The notes beneath the pieces are model-generated. The model ran no database searches. It was not told the DNA's origin and was given only the letters and a program-made list of their open reading frames with translations. A program made the translations under genes and the position numbers. Of a DNA stretch of 64,000 nt, positions 62,309 through 64,000 are shown one piece after another. Each line of letters starts with the position of its first letter. Positions within the stretch are counted from its first letter, which is position 1. The stretch comes from Xylographa opegraphella (taxonomy: Eukaryota): the NCBI GenBank assembly GCA_022813865.1, contig JALDZX010000007.1:124001-188000 (forward strand). The letters run 5' to 3'.

Positions 62309-63894
62309 ATTGATGCCTGCTACTGCTGCTGCATGCTTTCCACAAGTACCTGACCTGACCTCATGCTCGTGGATTAAGGTTGGAATCTCAACGAAGGAGC
62401 GGGTGTTCCAGGGGGGGGGAATCCCTGCCCCGCGATGCTCCATTGCTTCACGATGCGTCGCCCGTTACGGTCAAGCGCGTATCTATCCTTAGCATCCACC
62501 CAGCCATGGTGGAACTTCTTAGCCCGCACTTCGCATTCCGCATCATCGACCCGGTCAGCAGCAAGCAACGCAACGCACCGCAACGGCAGAGAAACGACCC
62601 GGTAACTTGAGTCCGAGAGTAGCAGTGTTGGGCAGTAAAGAAGAAAGCATCCACAAACGGTCAGAGCTCACACATTGACACATTGATGATGACATCCATC
62701 TCTTCCCTCCCTTCCCTCCCTTCCCCCCCATACTCCCTTCATCAAGACCCCTGCATCAAAGGCCTCCCACCATCCACTCTGCTACTCTACCTTAGTCTCC
62801 ACCTTCAACGGTCCTCCGCTGGAGTCTAAATCAAGTCGAAACCGTGCTCATGACCGACTACTCTCTCTCCCCGGTCCGGCACGGTACGAGGTGGAAGAAG
62901 GTTGTCAAAACGTCCCCAGCTTATGGCCGGGATGAGCTCGGATGTTCTGCTTTGCTCCCCTTCGCGCATCCTAGTCCGGCCATTGGTGCTGGCTGCACTC
63001 CCTCGTCCCTTTTCTCTCTCCCCTTCAGCCTTCAGCACAACAACCCCCCCCCCCCCCCCGTCATTGGGGCGGTGCTCGCGACTGCAGCCAGCCAATCGTT
63101 CCGCATCCCACCGGCTCCATCCCCAATCCTCCGCCAGATAGACAAGTCACTCCCTTTTCCACGCATAGCCAAAAGTATCTGCTTCGCAACATAATACATA
63201 ATCCCGTCGCGGTGCCACCTGGCGTGGGAGGGAAGAAAAGAAAAACAGAACGGTTTCCAACCTTGCTTCGACCCTTCTCTCTCCCTCCCCTTCCCTTTTC
63301 TCTTCCCTTTCCCTCTCTCATCATCGTCTCCTTCGTTCGCCATGAACGAGGCCGTCATTGTCCAGATATAACGCACCGCCCGCACGTCGCTTTCGACGAC
63401 ACCCACACTCGTTTGCCCACGAACCACTACATTTCCTGCTAGTTATTATAATACCATCATAGATACTAATGCTTTTGTCCTTTCTGGCCCTTCCGCTTTC
63501 CTGCTGAGACGTCCTCGCCCCACCACCCACCCCCCCCCCTCCCCCGGCACCATCTCCGGTCCACACCCGCATCCATAATTCGCCACGCTGCTGCCCGTTC
63601 GTTCGCTCGCTCCTCCAGCGCTCGTGGTGGTCGACTGGCCGTTCGATTCTGCTCTTACGCCCGTTCCATTGCGGCCGAAACTGGTCCCCTTCGCTTTCAC
63701 CACCGAGGCCTGCGCATCGGGTCTCTCACCGGACTGGAAGCATTCGGACGACGGGGCAAGGAACGGGAGACGAGGTCAGGTCCGCGCATCGCTTCTGGGC
63801 CGGCGGTGTCTGTGCTCGAAGCATACCGATTCCTCCTGACGAAAGGCCGCTGAAGAAAGACGTCGAACTGCAGCACGGTAGGGGGAGTCCAGCG

Positions 63895-63951
63895 CCAGCC
63901 TCCAGCCTCCAGCCTCCAGCACTCCAGACTTCCGACTCCAGACTCCAGACT
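63895..63951 (+). repeat. Heptamer repeat (CCAGCCT/CCAGACT)n
   Basis: Read directly. Confidence 0.8.
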
Positions 63952-64000
63952 CTTGGTTCCCGAGCTTAGCCACATCAGCTGGTGTCGTGCACCCACTTGG

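Overview
Eukaryotic DNA from a filamentous ascomycete (Pezizomycotina). Evidence: short GT-AG introns with CTRAC branch points and typical gene content. A lichen-type Lecanoromycete is a guess, not shown. About 20 protein-coding genes were reconstructed by hand: Mms1/DDB1-like 3' fragment, eIF5B, CYA5/PET309-type PPR protein, SRP68, secreted DPBB/expansin-like protein, ERG5/CYP61, GFA protein, GPI protein, O-methyltransferase, PTH11-like receptor, carnitine acetyltransferase, Swi6/Cdc10-type APSES factor, a membrane/F-box-like/Cys-rich unknown, LYR protein, two RGS-LOV photoreceptors, PMS1, GATA factor AreB/ASD4, a single-pass membrane fragment and mitochondrial MDH. Several degraded ORFs are also present. 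The two most notable signals: (1) a head-to-head pair of RGS-LOV blue-light receptor genes, both with intact photochemistry motifs but different membrane-binding linkers; (2) about nine 0.5-1.3 kb GC-rich islands where the + strand flips from C/A-rich to G/T-rich regardless of gene orientation, affecting codons, introns and even amino-acid composition. No tRNA, rRNA, CRISPR array or intact transposon was recognised. Family assignments are from motif recognition, not database searches.
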